A stretch of DNA of 64,000 nucleotides from Trueperaceae bacterium (GTDB lineage Bacteria; Deinococcota; Deinococci; Deinococcales; Trueperaceae), in assembly GCA_965215565.1 (NCBI GenBank), contig CBDCDZ010000004.1, positions 3,968,001-4,032,000 of the forward strand, given 5' to 3'. Positions 19,013 through 28,925 of this stretch are shown piece by piece. A program made the translations under genes and the position numbers. The stretch's first letter is position 1, and each line of letters starts with the position of its first letter. The notes beneath the pieces are model-generated. The model did no database searches, was not told the origin of the DNA, and was given only the letters and a program-made list of their open reading frames with translations.

Positions 19013-20443
19013 GTGACTCATCCAAGAACCCAAGTCGTCTGGTTCAAGCGAGATTTGCGCGTAAGCGACCACGCCCCGCTGTGGGAGGCGTCGCGGCGCG
19101 GTCCCGTCCTGTGCCTCTACGGCTACGAGCCCGAACTCTACAACGAAGAGGTCGACGCTTCGCACATCGAATTTATCAACCAGTCGCTCTTAGACTTAGA
19201 CGTGAGGCTCAGCGAGCTTGGCAACAAGATGACCTACCGCGTCGGCGAGGTGACGCAAGTTTTAGAAGCACTTCGCGCGCAACTCGGTTCCTTCACCCTC
19301 TGGAGCCACGAGGAGACGGGCAACGCACTGACCTATCGCCGCGACAAGCGCGTGAAAGCGTGGGCAAAGGCGAGGGGCGTCCGCTGGGTAGAGGTGCCTC
19401 AACCCGGCGTCACAAGAGGGTTGCAAGACAGACGTGGTTGGGGCGACACGTGGCGGCGGCAGATGAAGGTGCGGCTCGCGCCGACGCCCTCACATCTCGC
19501 GCCGGTGCCCGGCGTCGCCCCCGAAGTGGTTCGCACGCCCGTGGATTTAGGCTTGCCGCCGAGTAGCAAAGTCGAGGCGCGGCTGGGCGGCGAAACGCAG
19601 GCGAGGCTCGAGCTAAAGACGTTTTTAAGCCACAGGGGGCGCAGCTACTACGTCGAAATGTCGAGCCCCGAGAGCGCGAGGCGCGCGTGCAGCCAGTTGG
19701 GTCCGTATCTGTCATTCGGCAACCTCTCCACCAAAGAGGTCTATCAGAAAGCGACGCGGCAGTTGGACACTTTAGAGGTCTTGAAGCTGGAGGGCGCGCC
19801 CTATGACTGGCGCTGGCTGCGCTCCCTGACCTCGTTTCAGTCGCGGCTGCGCTGGCGCTGCCACTTCATTCAGAAGCTCGAGTCGAATCCGAGCTTGGAG
19901 TTTGGCAGCTTAGACCCCAGATTCGACCTCTTAGAAGACACGCATCGTCAAGACCTCTTCGACGCCTGGTGCGCCGGGCGGACGGGCTATCCGCTCGTGG
20001 ACGCCTGTATGCGCGCGCTGCACCGGAGCGGCTGGATCAACTTTCGGATGCGCGCGATGCTCGTCTCCTTTGCTACCCATCATTTGGGGTTACACTGGCG
20101 ACAGGTGGGTATCTACACCGCTAAGCACTTTCTGGACATGGAGCCGGGCATCCACTGGTCACAACATCAGATGCAAGCGGGCACGACGGGACGCGGTACG
20201 CTCCGCATCTACAACCCCGTCAAACAGGCGCAGGAGCGCGACCCGGCAGGCGCGTTTATCCGCCGCTACGTGAACGAACTCCGCCCGCTGCCGACGCCCT
20301 ACCTCGCCGAGCCGCACAAAACGCCGCCCCTCACACAAGGGATGCTCGGGTGCGTCATCGGGCAGGATTACCCCGCGCCTATTGTAGACGCGAAGCGGAG
20401 TTACCGTGAGGCAAAGGCGCGCCTGAGCGCGGTGCGTTCGTAG
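19013..20443 (+). CDS. DNA photolyase/cryptochrome family protein
   Basis: VVWFKRDLRVSDH, CSQLGPYLSFGNLS, WRCHF, GRTGYPLVDACMR, INFRMRAM, RIYNP. Confidence 0.9.
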   Translation: MTHPRTQVVWFKRDLRVSDHAPLWEASRRGPVLCLYGYEPELYNEEVDASHIEFINQSLLDLDVRLSELGNKMTYRVGEVTQVLEALRAQLGSFTLWSHEETGNALTYRRDKRVKAWAKARGVRWVEVPQPGVTRGLQDRRGWGDTWRRQMKVRLAPTPSHLAPVPGVAPEVVRTPVDLGLPPSSKVEARLGGETQARLELKTFLSHRGRSYYVEMSSPESARRACSQLGPYLSFGNLSTKEVYQKATRQLDTLEVLKLEGAPYDWRWLRSLTSFQSRLRWRCHFIQKLESNPSLEFGSLDPRFDLLEDTHRQDLFDAWCAGRTGYPLVDACMRALHRSGWINFRMRAMLVSFATHHLGLHWRQVGIYTAKHFLDMEPGIHWSQHQMQAGTTGRGTLRIYNPVKQAQERDPAGAFIRRYVNELRPLPTPYLAEPHKTPPLTQGMLGCVIGQDYPAPIVDAKRSYREAKARLSAVRS

Positions 20444-20491
20444 CGGACGAACCTTCCTCGCACCTTTGTCCCAGGGTGCTACACTCTCTCC

Positions 20492-21226
20492 ATGAGCCGC
20501 AAAGGGCACGAGTTTTTTGACGACGAAGAGGTCTTAGCGACCTACACGTCTCGCCGGGCGCTGCCCACCAGCCCAAACGAAACCATCGAATACCCTATCT
20601 TCCGAGAGCTGATTGGCGAGGTTAGGGACCTAGACGTGCTCGATTTGGGCTGCGGCGAGGCGGAATTTGGTCAAGAACTGTTGGGTAGGGGGATAAGGTC
20701 ATACGTGGGGCTCGAGGCGTCCGAAAAGATGGCGAGCTTAGCGGAGGAGAGGCTGAAGGGTCTTAACGCTGGGGTTGTGCGCTCCACAATCGAAGCGTAC
20801 GACTTCGCGCCCACCTCTTTCGGTCTCATCATCTCGCAACTCGTTTTACACTACATTCAAGACCTCTTGACGACGTTCGAACATATCTATAGAACACTCG
20901 AGCCGGGCGGCAGGTTCATCTTCTCCGTAGAACACCCCGTCATCACCTCTTGCTCGCAGAGCTTACGAATTTCAGAGCGGCGCACCGCTTGGCTCGTGGA
21001 TGATTACTTTAAGACGGGCGAGCGCAGCCACCCTTGGATGGGCAAAGAGGTCATTAAGTACCACCGCACGGTGGAGGATTATTTTTCTACGTTGCAAGAG
21101 GCTGGTTTCATAGTTGAGACGTTGCGCGAGTCGTGCCCTCGGCGGGAGCACAGCGTGGACGCGGAGGAATACGAGCGGCGCTTGCGGATTCCGCTGTTTA
21201 TCTTTTTTGCGGCGAGAAAGGGTTAG
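20492..21226 (+). CDS. Class I SAM-dependent methyltransferase
   Basis: VLDLGCGE, LHY, LEPGGRFIFSVEHP, YHRT. Confidence 0.9.
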   Translation: MSRKGHEFFDDEEVLATYTSRRALPTSPNETIEYPIFRELIGEVRDLDVLDLGCGEAEFGQELLGRGIRSYVGLEASEKMASLAEERLKGLNAGVVRSTIEAYDFAPTSFGLIISQLVLHYIQDLLTTFEHIYRTLEPGGRFIFSVEHPVITSCSQSLRISERRTAWLVDDYFKTGERSHPWMGKEVIKYHRTVEDYFSTLQEAGFIVETLRESCPRREHSVDAEEYERRLRIPLFIFFAARKG

Positions 21227-21672
21227 CTCAATTTTTTCGGTGCTTCTCTTGCGTTGTCCCACCGCTCACGTAGCGTCGCAAAGCCCGCCTCCAGCCTCCC
21301 CTTATTCATCACTACCTGCGTCGTCGTTCCTTCCCCAACCTTATCGCCAAGTTCATTCGACGCTTCGCAACGTGCGTAGATGCGCCCCTTCTCGGTGCGG
21401 AGGTGTTGGGCGGTGAGTCTCACCTCCATCCCCGGTAGAGCAGATGCTAAGTGCTTCACCGTGACCTCAAAGCCGATACCCTCTTCGTTCTCTTCCAAAA
21501 AGGGGAGGATGAGTTTTCTCGAGACCAGTTCCATGTGTTTGGTCAGCCAGTACGTTGCGTATACCGGATGGAGCTTGCCGAGTTCGGGCTCAGCTTGCTC
21601 GAAGTCTACGGTCATATTCTCAGAAACGATGAGCGTGTGTGTGGCGGTGGTGCCTTTAGGAATCGGTTTCAT
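21223..21672 (-). CDS. Hotdog thioesterase (FlK-like)
   Basis: HPVYAT....HME...EGIG..V.VKHLA. Confidence 0.8.
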   Translation of the reverse strand: MKPIPKGTTATHTLIVSENMTVDFEQAEPELGKLHPVYATYWLTKHMELVSRKLILPFLEENEEGIGFEVTVKHLASALPGMEVRLTAQHLRTEKGRIYARCEASNELGDKVGEGTTTQVVMNKGRLEAGFATLRERWDNAREAPKKLS

Positions 21673-21676
21673 CAGC

Positions 21677-22261
21677 CTACCGTTGTTTAGGCGTTTCAAA
21701 GTCAATTTGAAAATAGACTTCGCTCAGCCTTAGTGTGCAGCTAATCGTAGGTAGAGGTGCGGTAGCCTCTAAACCTGAGTACTCTCTAAAGAGCCAGGAA
21801 TCATCTTCTTGACGTTCGAATACCTCGACAAGAGGCTCGTGCTGAGAAATGAGCACGTAAGTCTGTAGTGAACTCAATGTGCGGTAGCGTCTGAACTTCT
21901 CGCCCCTATCGTAACCTTTGGTAGAGGGCGACAGAATTTCGGTAATGAAGGTTGGATTGAGGAGGATGTCACGTCTAATGTCAGCAAACTCAGTTTTTCC
22001 GCAGACGACGAGCACATCAGGGTAAACGTAGCACTTGGCAACCTCAGTGCGCATTTGGCTCACAAAGATGTAGCTTGACGTTTCTCTAAGCTGTAATCCT
22101 AATTCGGTTGTGCAATTTACAGAGATGAGACAGTGGTTTTGATTTGCACCTGTCAGTGGAGAGATTTCACCATCAACAAATTCACTTTTGTATTCGGCTT
22201 GGCGTTCAAGCTCGAGATACTCCTCCGCCGTATACCGCTTGTCCTTAACGCGCAGAGCCAT
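21677..22261 (-). CDS. Uma2 family endonuclease
   Basis: EEYLELER..YKSEFVDG...YPDV.VVC...EILSPST..YDRGEKF. Confidence 0.9.
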   Translation of the reverse strand: MALRVKDKRYTAEEYLELERQAEYKSEFVDGEISPLTGANQNHCLISVNCTTELGLQLRETSSYIFVSQMRTEVAKCYVYPDVLVVCGKTEFADIRRDILLNPTFITEILSPSTKGYDRGEKFRRYRTLSSLQTYVLISQHEPLVEVFERQEDDSWLFREYSGLEATAPLPTISCTLRLSEVYFQIDFETPKQR

Positions 22262-22299
22262 GGCTCAGTCTAACGGTTCTTCTTATCGTCCGCTTCAAC

Positions 22300-22872
22300 T
22301 TACTCAAAGTCAATTCTGTCGTAGACCTCTTCCAGCCTAAGCTCACAGCCGATGCTAGGTAAGGGGATGCTGGAGTCTAATCCCGCATATTCAGTGAGAA
22401 CCCAGCGTTCACCTTGCCGCTCGAAAACTTCTGAAAACGCTCTGTCTTGCGAAACGAGCACATAGGTCTGTAAGGAGTTGAGCTTACGGTAATGCTCGAA
22501 CTTTTCTCCTCTGTCGTAGCCTTGAGTAGACGGTGACAGAATCTCGATCACGAGGGTCGGGTTCTTCAGCGTATCTTGGGTCTCGCTCGTGAAATCAAGC
22601 TCACCGCAGGTCACGACGACATCGGGGTAAAAGTAGCGTGTGGAGTCGGAGAGTTGTACGCGCACGTCACTTGGATAGGTCTCGCACTGTTTTCCTCTAA
22701 GCTGTCGTCTAAACTCTGCGCCGATGTTAAGCGTGATGAGGCTATGAGGTCTGCTCGCCCCCGCCAGCGCAAAAATCCCACCGTTTACAAACTCGCTTTT
22801 GTATTCGGCTCGGCGCTCGAGTTCCAAGTACTCCGCCGCCGTGTACCGCTTGTCCTTGACAGGTAAAGCCAT
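22300..22872 (-). CDS. Uma2 family endonuclease (tandem paralog)
   Basis: Same motifs; near-identical N-terminus MAL.VKDKRYTA.EYLELER. Confidence 0.9.
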   Translation of the reverse strand: MALPVKDKRYTAAEYLELERRAEYKSEFVNGGIFALAGASRPHSLITLNIGAEFRRQLRGKQCETYPSDVRVQLSDSTRYFYPDVVVTCGELDFTSETQDTLKNPTLVIEILSPSTQGYDRGEKFEHYRKLNSLQTYVLVSQDRAFSEVFERQGERWVLTEYAGLDSSIPLPSIGCELRLEEVYDRIDFE

Positions 22873-22880
22873 ACCCTATT

Positions 22881-24236
22881 CTACAAGTTCCTTTCGTCCA
22901 CAATCCGCCGCAGCTTCCCGCCCGCACTCCTGGGCGCACTCCCCGGCGCTAAGAGGTTGACCTTGATGTTGACGCCTACGGTGTCTTTGATTTTGTGCTG
23001 CACCTTATCGCGTAAGTCGCTCAGGTATTGATTGGTCTCGAGCAATTCCTCAGATAACACCTCTTGACCACCTTTTTGTTTCACGTGGTCAAAGGCATCT
23101 TGGGACAGCTCGAGCCTCAGTTCACACGTGTCGAGAGTGCCTTGGCGAGAGAGTGCCAGTTGATAGTGCATCGCCACGCCCTGCACGCGCTGCAAGACCT
23201 CTTCTATCTGCGTCGGGTAGAGGTTCACGCCGCGCACGATGATCATGTCGTCACTGCGCCCCTTGATCATCCCCATGCGCGCGTGCGTCCGCCCGGACGC
23301 GCCCACGTCGCGCCGCAAGTGGGTGATGTCACCCGTCCAGTAGCGCAGCAGCGGCAGCGCCTCTTTCGTGAGCGTCGTAATGACTAAAACGCCGTCTTCG
23401 CCCTCTGCTACGGGTTCGCCCGTTTCAGGATGCAAGATTTCAGGATAGAAGTGATCTTCCCAGACGTATGAGCCCTCCTGCTCGTTCACGTCCTCGTTCG
23501 ACACGCCTGGACCGATAATTTCGGAGAGCCCGTAGATATTCGTCGCCTTGACACCTAAGCCCGCTTCGACGTCAGTGCGAATGGCGTCCGTCCAGGGCTC
23601 GGCACCTAACACGGCAACCTCTAAACTCGTCTCTTCAGGGGCAACCCCTCTTTCCCGCATCGCCTCGGCTAAGGTCTGCGCGTAAGAGGGTGTGCACGAT
23701 ATGACCTTGGGCTGCAAGTCCTGAATCAGCGTCACCTGCCGCTCGGTCATCCCGCCTGAGACCGGAATCACCATGAGCCCCAACCGCTCGCCGCCGTAGT
23801 GAAGCCCCAAGCCGCCCGTGAAGAGCCCGTAGCCGTAGGCGTTGTGAAAGACCATCCCCGGCTCCGCGCCCGCCGCCGCCAAGCACCGCGCGTTGACCTC
23901 TGCAAAAGTTTCGATATCCTTTTTTGTATAACCGACGATGGTCGGTCTACCCGTCGTGCCGCTGCTTGCGTGGATGCGAGAGACCTCTTCCATCGGTACG
24001 GCGAAGAGCCCGGTGGGATAATTGTCGCGCAGGTCGGTCTTCTTGGTGATAGGGAGCTTGGTGATGTCGTTGATAGTCCTGATATCACCCGGCTTTATAC
24101 CTCTTTCGTCCAGCGCGGTTTTGTAAAAGGGGACACGCTCGTAGACGTAGTGAACTAAGTTTTGTAGACGTTCATTTTGCAACGTGCGGAGTTCGTTTTG
24201 GGGGAGGGTTTCGATGTCGGGTTGAAACATACTCAC
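22881..24236 (-). CDS. paaK: Phenylacetate-CoA ligase
   Basis: HASSGTTG, YGYGLFTGGLG.HYG, CTPSY, GAEPW, YGLSE.IGPGV, GRSDDM. Confidence 0.92.
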   Translation of the reverse strand: MSMFQPDIETLPQNELRTLQNERLQNLVHYVYERVPFYKTALDERGIKPGDIRTINDITKLPITKKTDLRDNYPTGLFAVPMEEVSRIHASSGTTGRPTIVGYTKKDIETFAEVNARCLAAAGAEPGMVFHNAYGYGLFTGGLGLHYGGERLGLMVIPVSGGMTERQVTLIQDLQPKVISCTPSYAQTLAEAMRERGVAPEETSLEVAVLGAEPWTDAIRTDVEAGLGVKATNIYGLSEIIGPGVSNEDVNEQEGSYVWEDHFYPEILHPETGEPVAEGEDGVLVITTLTKEALPLLRYWTGDITHLRRDVGASGRTHARMGMIKGRSDDMIIVRGVNLYPTQIEEVLQRVQGVAMHYQLALSRQGTLDTCELRLELSQDAFDHVKQKGGQEVLSEELLETNQYLSDLRDKVQHKIKDTVGVNIKVNLLAPGSAPRSAGGKLRRIVDERNL

Positions 24237-24652
24237 GCTCCTACTCGAGAGGTCAAAATTCGCAAGAGGTTGGTAAAGAAGGGCTCGAGGTCACGAACGT
24301 CGTCATAGAAAATAATCTCTTCCGAAATTCCTCGTAAGGTCTCTGAAATATCACTTCCACGCTTTGCTACCGTCACCACTGGAATGCCTTTAGCGCAAGC
24401 ATACCCCGTCTCGATACCGAGCCCGACGCCCTTTTCGCTCAGTTCGATAATAACGAGGTCGCACTCGCCAATGAGGTCGAAGGTTTTTTTCATGAGGTCT
24501 CGAGCCTCAAATTTGACCTCGCCCCATTTTTCTAAATCTCGAGCCACGCAAGCGGTTGTTGCACCACACCGAGCGAGCACCTCAGAAATGCCTTCGATGA
24601 CCTCTCGGTTACGGTTGTCAGCGTGATACTTGACGCCCAAATACGCCCTCAT
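24233..24652 (-). CDS. Nucleoside 2-deoxyribosyltransferase-like protein
   Basis: CDLVIIELS.KGVGLGIETGYA.AKGIPV. Confidence 0.7.
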   Translation of the reverse strand: MRAYLGVKYHADNRNREVIEGISEVLARCGATTACVARDLEKWGEVKFEARDLMKKTFDLIGECDLVIIELSEKGVGLGIETGYACAKGIPVVTVAKRGSDISETLRGISEEIIFYDDVRDLEPFFTNLLRILTSRVGA

Positions 24653-25017
24653 AGCGGGACGACTTGCACCGCGACAGCCTGCCAACGTCCCTCTCGCTTG
24701 GCATAGATGCGAGTAAAGCGTTGCTGGATGAAATCATCTGCCGTTTTGATTGTGACCTGTCCGGTTGTGACCGCCGCACCTCCGAAGAGGTACACCGCTC
24801 CCTCTTCAAAGGTGCTCTGGACCTCTTCGGGGGGCGGGGCTTGGCGCTGGGACTCGAGCAGGACCTCTTTGGTGATGACTTCATGCGCGAGCGTCAGCCC
24901 AACCCAGTTATCGGCTAAAACCTCGCTCAGCGCCACCAAATCCCTCTCTTGGTAGGCTCTATTCCAAGCCTGGTCAAGCTGCTTGACCTCTGCACTACCC
25001 GATACGAAATCAGACAC
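24649..25017 (-). CDS. NTF2-like (DUF4440) protein
   Basis: QLDQAWNRAY...VLADNW...RFTRIYAKREGRWQ.V. Confidence 0.8.
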   Translation of the reverse strand: MSDFVSGSAEVKQLDQAWNRAYQERDLVALSEVLADNWVGLTLAHEVITKEVLLESQRQAPPPEEVQSTFEEGAVYLFGGAAVTTGQVTIKTADDFIQQRFTRIYAKREGRWQAVAVQVVPL

Positions 25018-26227
25018 GCTCTACCACCATTGCGATACCCTGACCCACGCCGATGCACATGGTTGCCAAGCCGAACTGGACCTCTTCGCGGCGCTTCATC
25101 TCAAAGAGGAGCGTCGTGAGGATGCGCGCGCCCGAGCAGCCGAGTGGATGACCGAGGGCAATCGCGCCGCCGTTCGGGTTGAAGCGCGTGTCGCCTGGGT
25201 CAATCCCTAAGTCACGCAGCACGGCTAGGGCTTGCGCGGCGAAGGCTTCGTTGAGTTCGATCAAGCCAGCATCATTTAGAGTAATCTTTGCACGCGCCAG
25301 CGCCTTGCGCGTCGCTGCCACCGGACCGATGCCCATGACGCGCGGCGGCACGCCCGCCACAGCCATGCTCTTGACCTTGGCGAGAGGGGTCAAGCCGTGC
25401 GCGCTGGCGTAGTCTTTTGAGACAACGAGCACGGCGGCGGCTCCGTCGTTGAGCGTGCTGCTGTTGCCCGCCGTCACGCTGCCCCCCTCGCGGAATACGG
25501 CGCGGAGCTTGCCGAGTTTTTCTAAAGAGGTGTCGGGGCGCGGTCCTTCGTCGGTATCGACGGTCGTGTTTGACTTGCGAGTTTGGACCTCGACGGGGAC
25601 GATTTCGTCCCCAAAGCGCCCTGCCTGAATTGCGGCGAGCGCTTTTTGGTGGCTCTTTAGCGCGAACGCGTCTTGTGCCTCGCGCGAGACGCGGTAGTCC
25701 TCCGCCAAGTTCTCCGCCGTCTCGCCCATCGCCTCGGTGCCGTAACATGCTTTCATTTTAGGGTTCACAAAACGCCAGCCGAGCGTGGTGTCGTACGCCG
25801 TGACGTTGCCCGTCGGGAAGGGGCGTTCGCTTTTGGGTAGCGCCCAGGGTGCGCGGCTCATCGACTCGACGCCCGCGCCGATGTAGGCGTGCGCCTCGCC
25901 GAGTATGACCGCGCGCGCCGCGCTCGCCACCGCGTCCAAGCCGCTGCCGCACAAGCGGTTGATGGTCGTGCCCGCCACCTCGGTTGGAAAACCCGCCAAA
26001 AGTGCACACATCCGCGCGACGTTGCGGTTGTCCTCGCCCGCCTGGTTCGCGCAGCCCATATAAACGTCTTCGATGTCGGCTTTCGGCGTGCCTGACCTCT
26101 TTAAGAGTTCGTCAAGGACGGCTGCGCCCAAGTCGTCAGGGCGGACGCTCGAGAGTGCGCCGCCGTGCCGCCCGATGGGGGTACGCACCGCTTCGACTAA
26201 ATAGGCTTCGGTCACATGTCGCTCCAT
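25010..26227 (-). CDS. paaJ: Acetyl-CoA C-acyltransferase / 3-oxoadipyl-CoA thiolase (PaaJ/PcaF-like)
   Basis: GCANQAGEDNRNVARM, NRLCGSG, NEAF, GHPLG, MCIGVGQG; upstream of paaK. Confidence 0.88.
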   Translation of the reverse strand: MERHVTEAYLVEAVRTPIGRHGGALSSVRPDDLGAAVLDELLKRSGTPKADIEDVYMGCANQAGEDNRNVARMCALLAGFPTEVAGTTINRLCGSGLDAVASAARAVILGEAHAYIGAGVESMSRAPWALPKSERPFPTGNVTAYDTTLGWRFVNPKMKACYGTEAMGETAENLAEDYRVSREAQDAFALKSHQKALAAIQAGRFGDEIVPVEVQTRKSNTTVDTDEGPRPDTSLEKLGKLRAVFREGGSVTAGNSSTLNDGAAAVLVVSKDYASAHGLTPLAKVKSMAVAGVPPRVMGIGPVAATRKALARAKITLNDAGLIELNEAFAAQALAVLRDLGIDPGDTRFNPNGGAIALGHPLGCSGARILTTLLFEMKRREEVQFGLATMCIGVGQGIAMVVERV

Positions 26228-26231
26228 TTCG

Positions 26232-26249
26232 CTAACAAACGTTCGTTAT
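26232..26249. promoter_or_regulatory. Putative PaaR (TetR) operator
   Basis: CTAACAAACGTTCGTTAT holds two overlapping one-mismatch matches to the Thermus PaaR consensus CNAACGNNCGTTNG (consensus recalled from memory). Confidence 0.55.
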
Positions 26250-26262
26250 TTGTAGGTTCATC

Positions 26263-26373
26263 TAGCAGTTCCAAAACATACTGAGACGGATGAGCGCAGG
26301 TATCATCCCTTAAAGTGCGTGCTAGACATTGTTTTGTAAAGTGAGAGTGTCTCTGACCAGATGATACCTGCTA
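26263..26373 (-). mobile_element. TAGCAG element, copy 4 (shortest full form, 111 bp)
   Basis: Both ends intact; core GCAGGTATCATC...GATGATACCTGC. Confidence 0.8.
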
Positions 26374-26403
26374 ATCCTATGAAGAGGTGTGTAGCGCTGT
26401 CAA
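26374..26403 (-). promoter_or_regulatory. Sigma70-type promoter of the paa operon
   Basis: TTGACA-18 nt-TAGGAT on the minus strand. Confidence 0.6.
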
Positions 26404-26681
26404 GACTTTGCACTGATAGAGCCACCTACGAAAGTTGCATGAATGTTTTGGATTACAGTTCGGAAGCGTTCCCCTAAGTCTCATCCTGATCGGATTTTAC
26501 ACGGAACCCCTTGTTCATCACATGGAACCGGCGCAAGACGTACCCGTCGGCACTCGCCCCGAACCCACTACCTGAGCGTTTTGCTAAGCTTCTCGTTCAA
26601 CCTCTACCGATGTGTAAATTTAGGGGTTGCTAACCCCTTCATGACTCTGTTAAACTACTTGTCGCTCTAAAGAGCGCGTAT

Positions 26682-26756
26682 TCCGCGGTAGCTCAGTGGT
26701 AGAGCGACCGGCTGTTAACCGGTTGGTCGTAGGTTCGAATCCTACCCGCGGAGCCA
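26682..26756 (+). tRNA. tRNA-Asn(GTT)
   Basis: TCCGCGG acceptor stem, anticodon arm ACCGG-CTGTTAA-CCGGT, GGTTCGAATCC, encoded CCA. Confidence 0.97.
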
Positions 26757-26760
26757 CCCT

Positions 26761-26803
26761 AGACCCTGCCCTGAGCTTAAAAACTCGGGGCAGGGTCTTT
26801 TTC
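26761..26803 (+). terminator. Intrinsic terminator after tRNA-Asn
   Basis: AGACCCTGCCC(T)GAG...CTCGGGGCAGGGTCT followed by a T run. Confidence 0.85.
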
Positions 26804-26826
26804 TTTGCGCCCGTTATACTCTTTCT

Positions 26827-28170
26827 ATGCCTGACCTCTTCTCTCTTACGCTAAGCGAGCTAGCGCGTACCTACCGCAGGGGCGAACTCACCGCCGTACG
26901 GGTTGCCGAAGCTTATTTGGAACGGCTCGAGCCCAGCCCCATCTACCGCCTCATCACCGAGGAGCGAGCGTTAGCGCAAGCTGAGCGCGCAGATGAAGCG
27001 TTCGCGAGAGGCGAAGATAAGGGACCCCTCCAGGGCGTACCCATCGCGCTTAAAGACCTCATGGATACAGGGGGAGAGGTCACGGCGGCGGGCTCTACGG
27101 TCCTAGCGAAGAACCCGCCTGCCACGCGCGACTGCCCAGCGGCGGCGCGCTTAGACGAAGCGGGCGCAGTATTTCTAGGCAAGACGAACATGACCGAGTT
27201 CGCGTTTTCCGGTCTGGGTCTGAACCCGCACTACGGCACGCCGGGCAACGCTTTAGATTCGGCGCGTATTCCCGGTGGTTCCTCGTCGGGCTCGGCGGTG
27301 GCGGTGGCGAGAGGTCTCGCCGCTGCCGCCATCGGCTCGGACACGGGCGGCTCGGTGCGGATTCCGGCGGCGTTCAATGGGCTCGTCGGGCTCAAGGCGA
27401 CGGATGGTGCGGTGCCGACAGAAGGCTGCGTGCCACTTTCTACCACGCTCGACACGCTCGGACCGATCACCCGAACGGTAGAGGATGCCTGGCACCTGTG
27501 GCGCGTTCTCGCAGGTCAGCCTCCGGCGGCATTTATACCCCAAGAGGTGACAAGCCTCAGATTCCTCGCGCCCACCACAGTTTTACAAGAGGATTTAGAT
27601 GCGGAAGTGAAAGAAGCGTTCGAGCAAAGCTGTAAGAGGTTAGAAGCGCTAGGCGCAACGGTCGAGTATCGTGAAGTATCCGCTATAGACGAGATCGGCG
27701 CGGCGCGCGCGCGTTACGGCTCGTTTGCGGGGCTCGAGTCCTTAGCTCTCTACGAAGACCTGATAGGGCGCGAGGGCGACCAGATAGACCCCCGCGTCAC
27801 CTCGCGTATCTTGAAGCAAAGAGGTAGAACGGCGACGGACTACATCCGTCTAACTTACGCGAGAAAGAGGGTTCAAGCTGCCTTTTGGGAGGCGTGCGCC
27901 TCCTTTGACGCGGTTCTCGCACCCACTGTCGCCACGCTGCCTCCAAACATTGACGACTTGGCGGACGACGCACGCTACTTCGAAACGAACAGCCGCGTGC
28001 TGCGCAACACCTCGGTGTTCAACTTTTTAGGGACGCCCACCGTGAGCGTGCCTGGTGGCACGTCGTCCACAGGCTTATCTGTCGGGCTGATGATCGCGGC
28101 GCGACCTCATGAAGAGCACTTGGCGCTCTCTATAGCGCGGGCGGTGGAGGAGGACCTTAGGAGAGATTGA
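26827..28170 (+). CDS. Amidase signature family protein
   Basis: LKDL, GKTNMTEFA, PGGSSSGSA, GSDTGGSVRIPA. Confidence 0.93.
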   Translation: MPDLFSLTLSELARTYRRGELTAVRVAEAYLERLEPSPIYRLITEERALAQAERADEAFARGEDKGPLQGVPIALKDLMDTGGEVTAAGSTVLAKNPPATRDCPAAARLDEAGAVFLGKTNMTEFAFSGLGLNPHYGTPGNALDSARIPGGSSSGSAVAVARGLAAAAIGSDTGGSVRIPAAFNGLVGLKATDGAVPTEGCVPLSTTLDTLGPITRTVEDAWHLWRVLAGQPPAAFIPQEVTSLRFLAPTTVLQEDLDAEVKEAFEQSCKRLEALGATVEYREVSAIDEIGAARARYGSFAGLESLALYEDLIGREGDQIDPRVTSRILKQRGRTATDYIRLTYARKRVQAAFWEACASFDAVLAPTVATLPPNIDDLADDARYFETNSRVLRNTSVFNFLGTPTVSVPGGTSSTGLSVGLMIAARPHEEHLALSIARAVEEDLRRD

Positions 28171-28230
28171 ACCCGAGCCCAAAAAAGAACAGATGCTTGA
28201 AGACACCTGTTCGTCGCTGATTGAGCGTTT

Positions 28231-28677
28231 TTATCCCGATTTGTCGTTCCGCTGCGTCGCTAGAATGACGCCTAAGATGATAAGACCGACAGCTACTACA
28301 GGTAAAAGCCAACTTGGACCCGAAGAGGATGCAAGCCTGAGCGCCGCACGCTTGTTCGCGAGCATCACATCGCTTACGCGCCCGACGCCGGGAACGCTGT
28401 AACCTTTGCCACGCGCCTTCTCGCCTAAAACGAGGAGCGGTCCGCGTCTGTCGGCGACTTCTAAAGTCAAGCCTTCGTCCGCGAGCAGTGAGGGCACATC
28501 CGTCGCCGAGTAGGTCGTGCCGGCGCGCTGGAAGTTGGGCAGAGAGACCTGGGAGATTTTACGCAGGGTGCCGGCGTTTTGGACCTCTAAACGCATGTGA
28601 CTACCCCTCCCCGTGAACTTGGCGCTCTGACCATCTATCTCGAGGTCTAAGTCAGCGAAGACGCGGCGCGGTTTCAT
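28231..28677 (-). CDS. Hypothetical protein with C-terminal TM anchor
   Basis: 148-aa ORF closely coupled to the upstream small gene; hydrophobic C-terminus. Confidence 0.7.
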   Translation of the reverse strand: MKPRRVFADLDLEIDGQSAKFTGRGSHMRLEVQNAGTLRKISQVSLPNFQRAGTTYSATDVPSLLADEGLTLEVADRRGPLLVLGEKARGKGYSVPGVGRVSDVMLANKRAALRLASSSGPSWLLPVVAVGLIILGVILATQRNDKSG

Positions 28678-28691
28678 CTGTGCGGTTTCAT

Positions 28692-28925
28692 CTACTGATC
28701 AGGTTCGGAGGTAGTAACGCGGATGGTGCCGTCCATCTTCCAGACCGCGCGGGGCGAGTTGGGTCCGGTGTCGCGGGGAATCTCGACGGTCATCTTGTCG
28801 AATTCATAGGTGATCGTTGCGTTGCGCCCGGTCAGCCGCTCGTAAAGCGCCATCCCTAAATCCACAAAGGTAACGCGCTCTTTATCCTCGATATTGGTTG
28901 AGTTGGTCAGTTTGGTATCGGCCAT
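28692..28925 (-). CDS. Small hypothetical protein (77 aa)
   Basis: RBS AAAGGCGG; protein-like beta-rich sequence LYERLTGRNATITYEF...W..DGTIRV. Confidence 0.75.
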   Translation of the reverse strand: MADTKLTNSTNIEDKERVTFVDLGMALYERLTGRNATITYEFDKMTVEIPRDTGPNSPRAVWKMDGTIRVTTSEPDQ

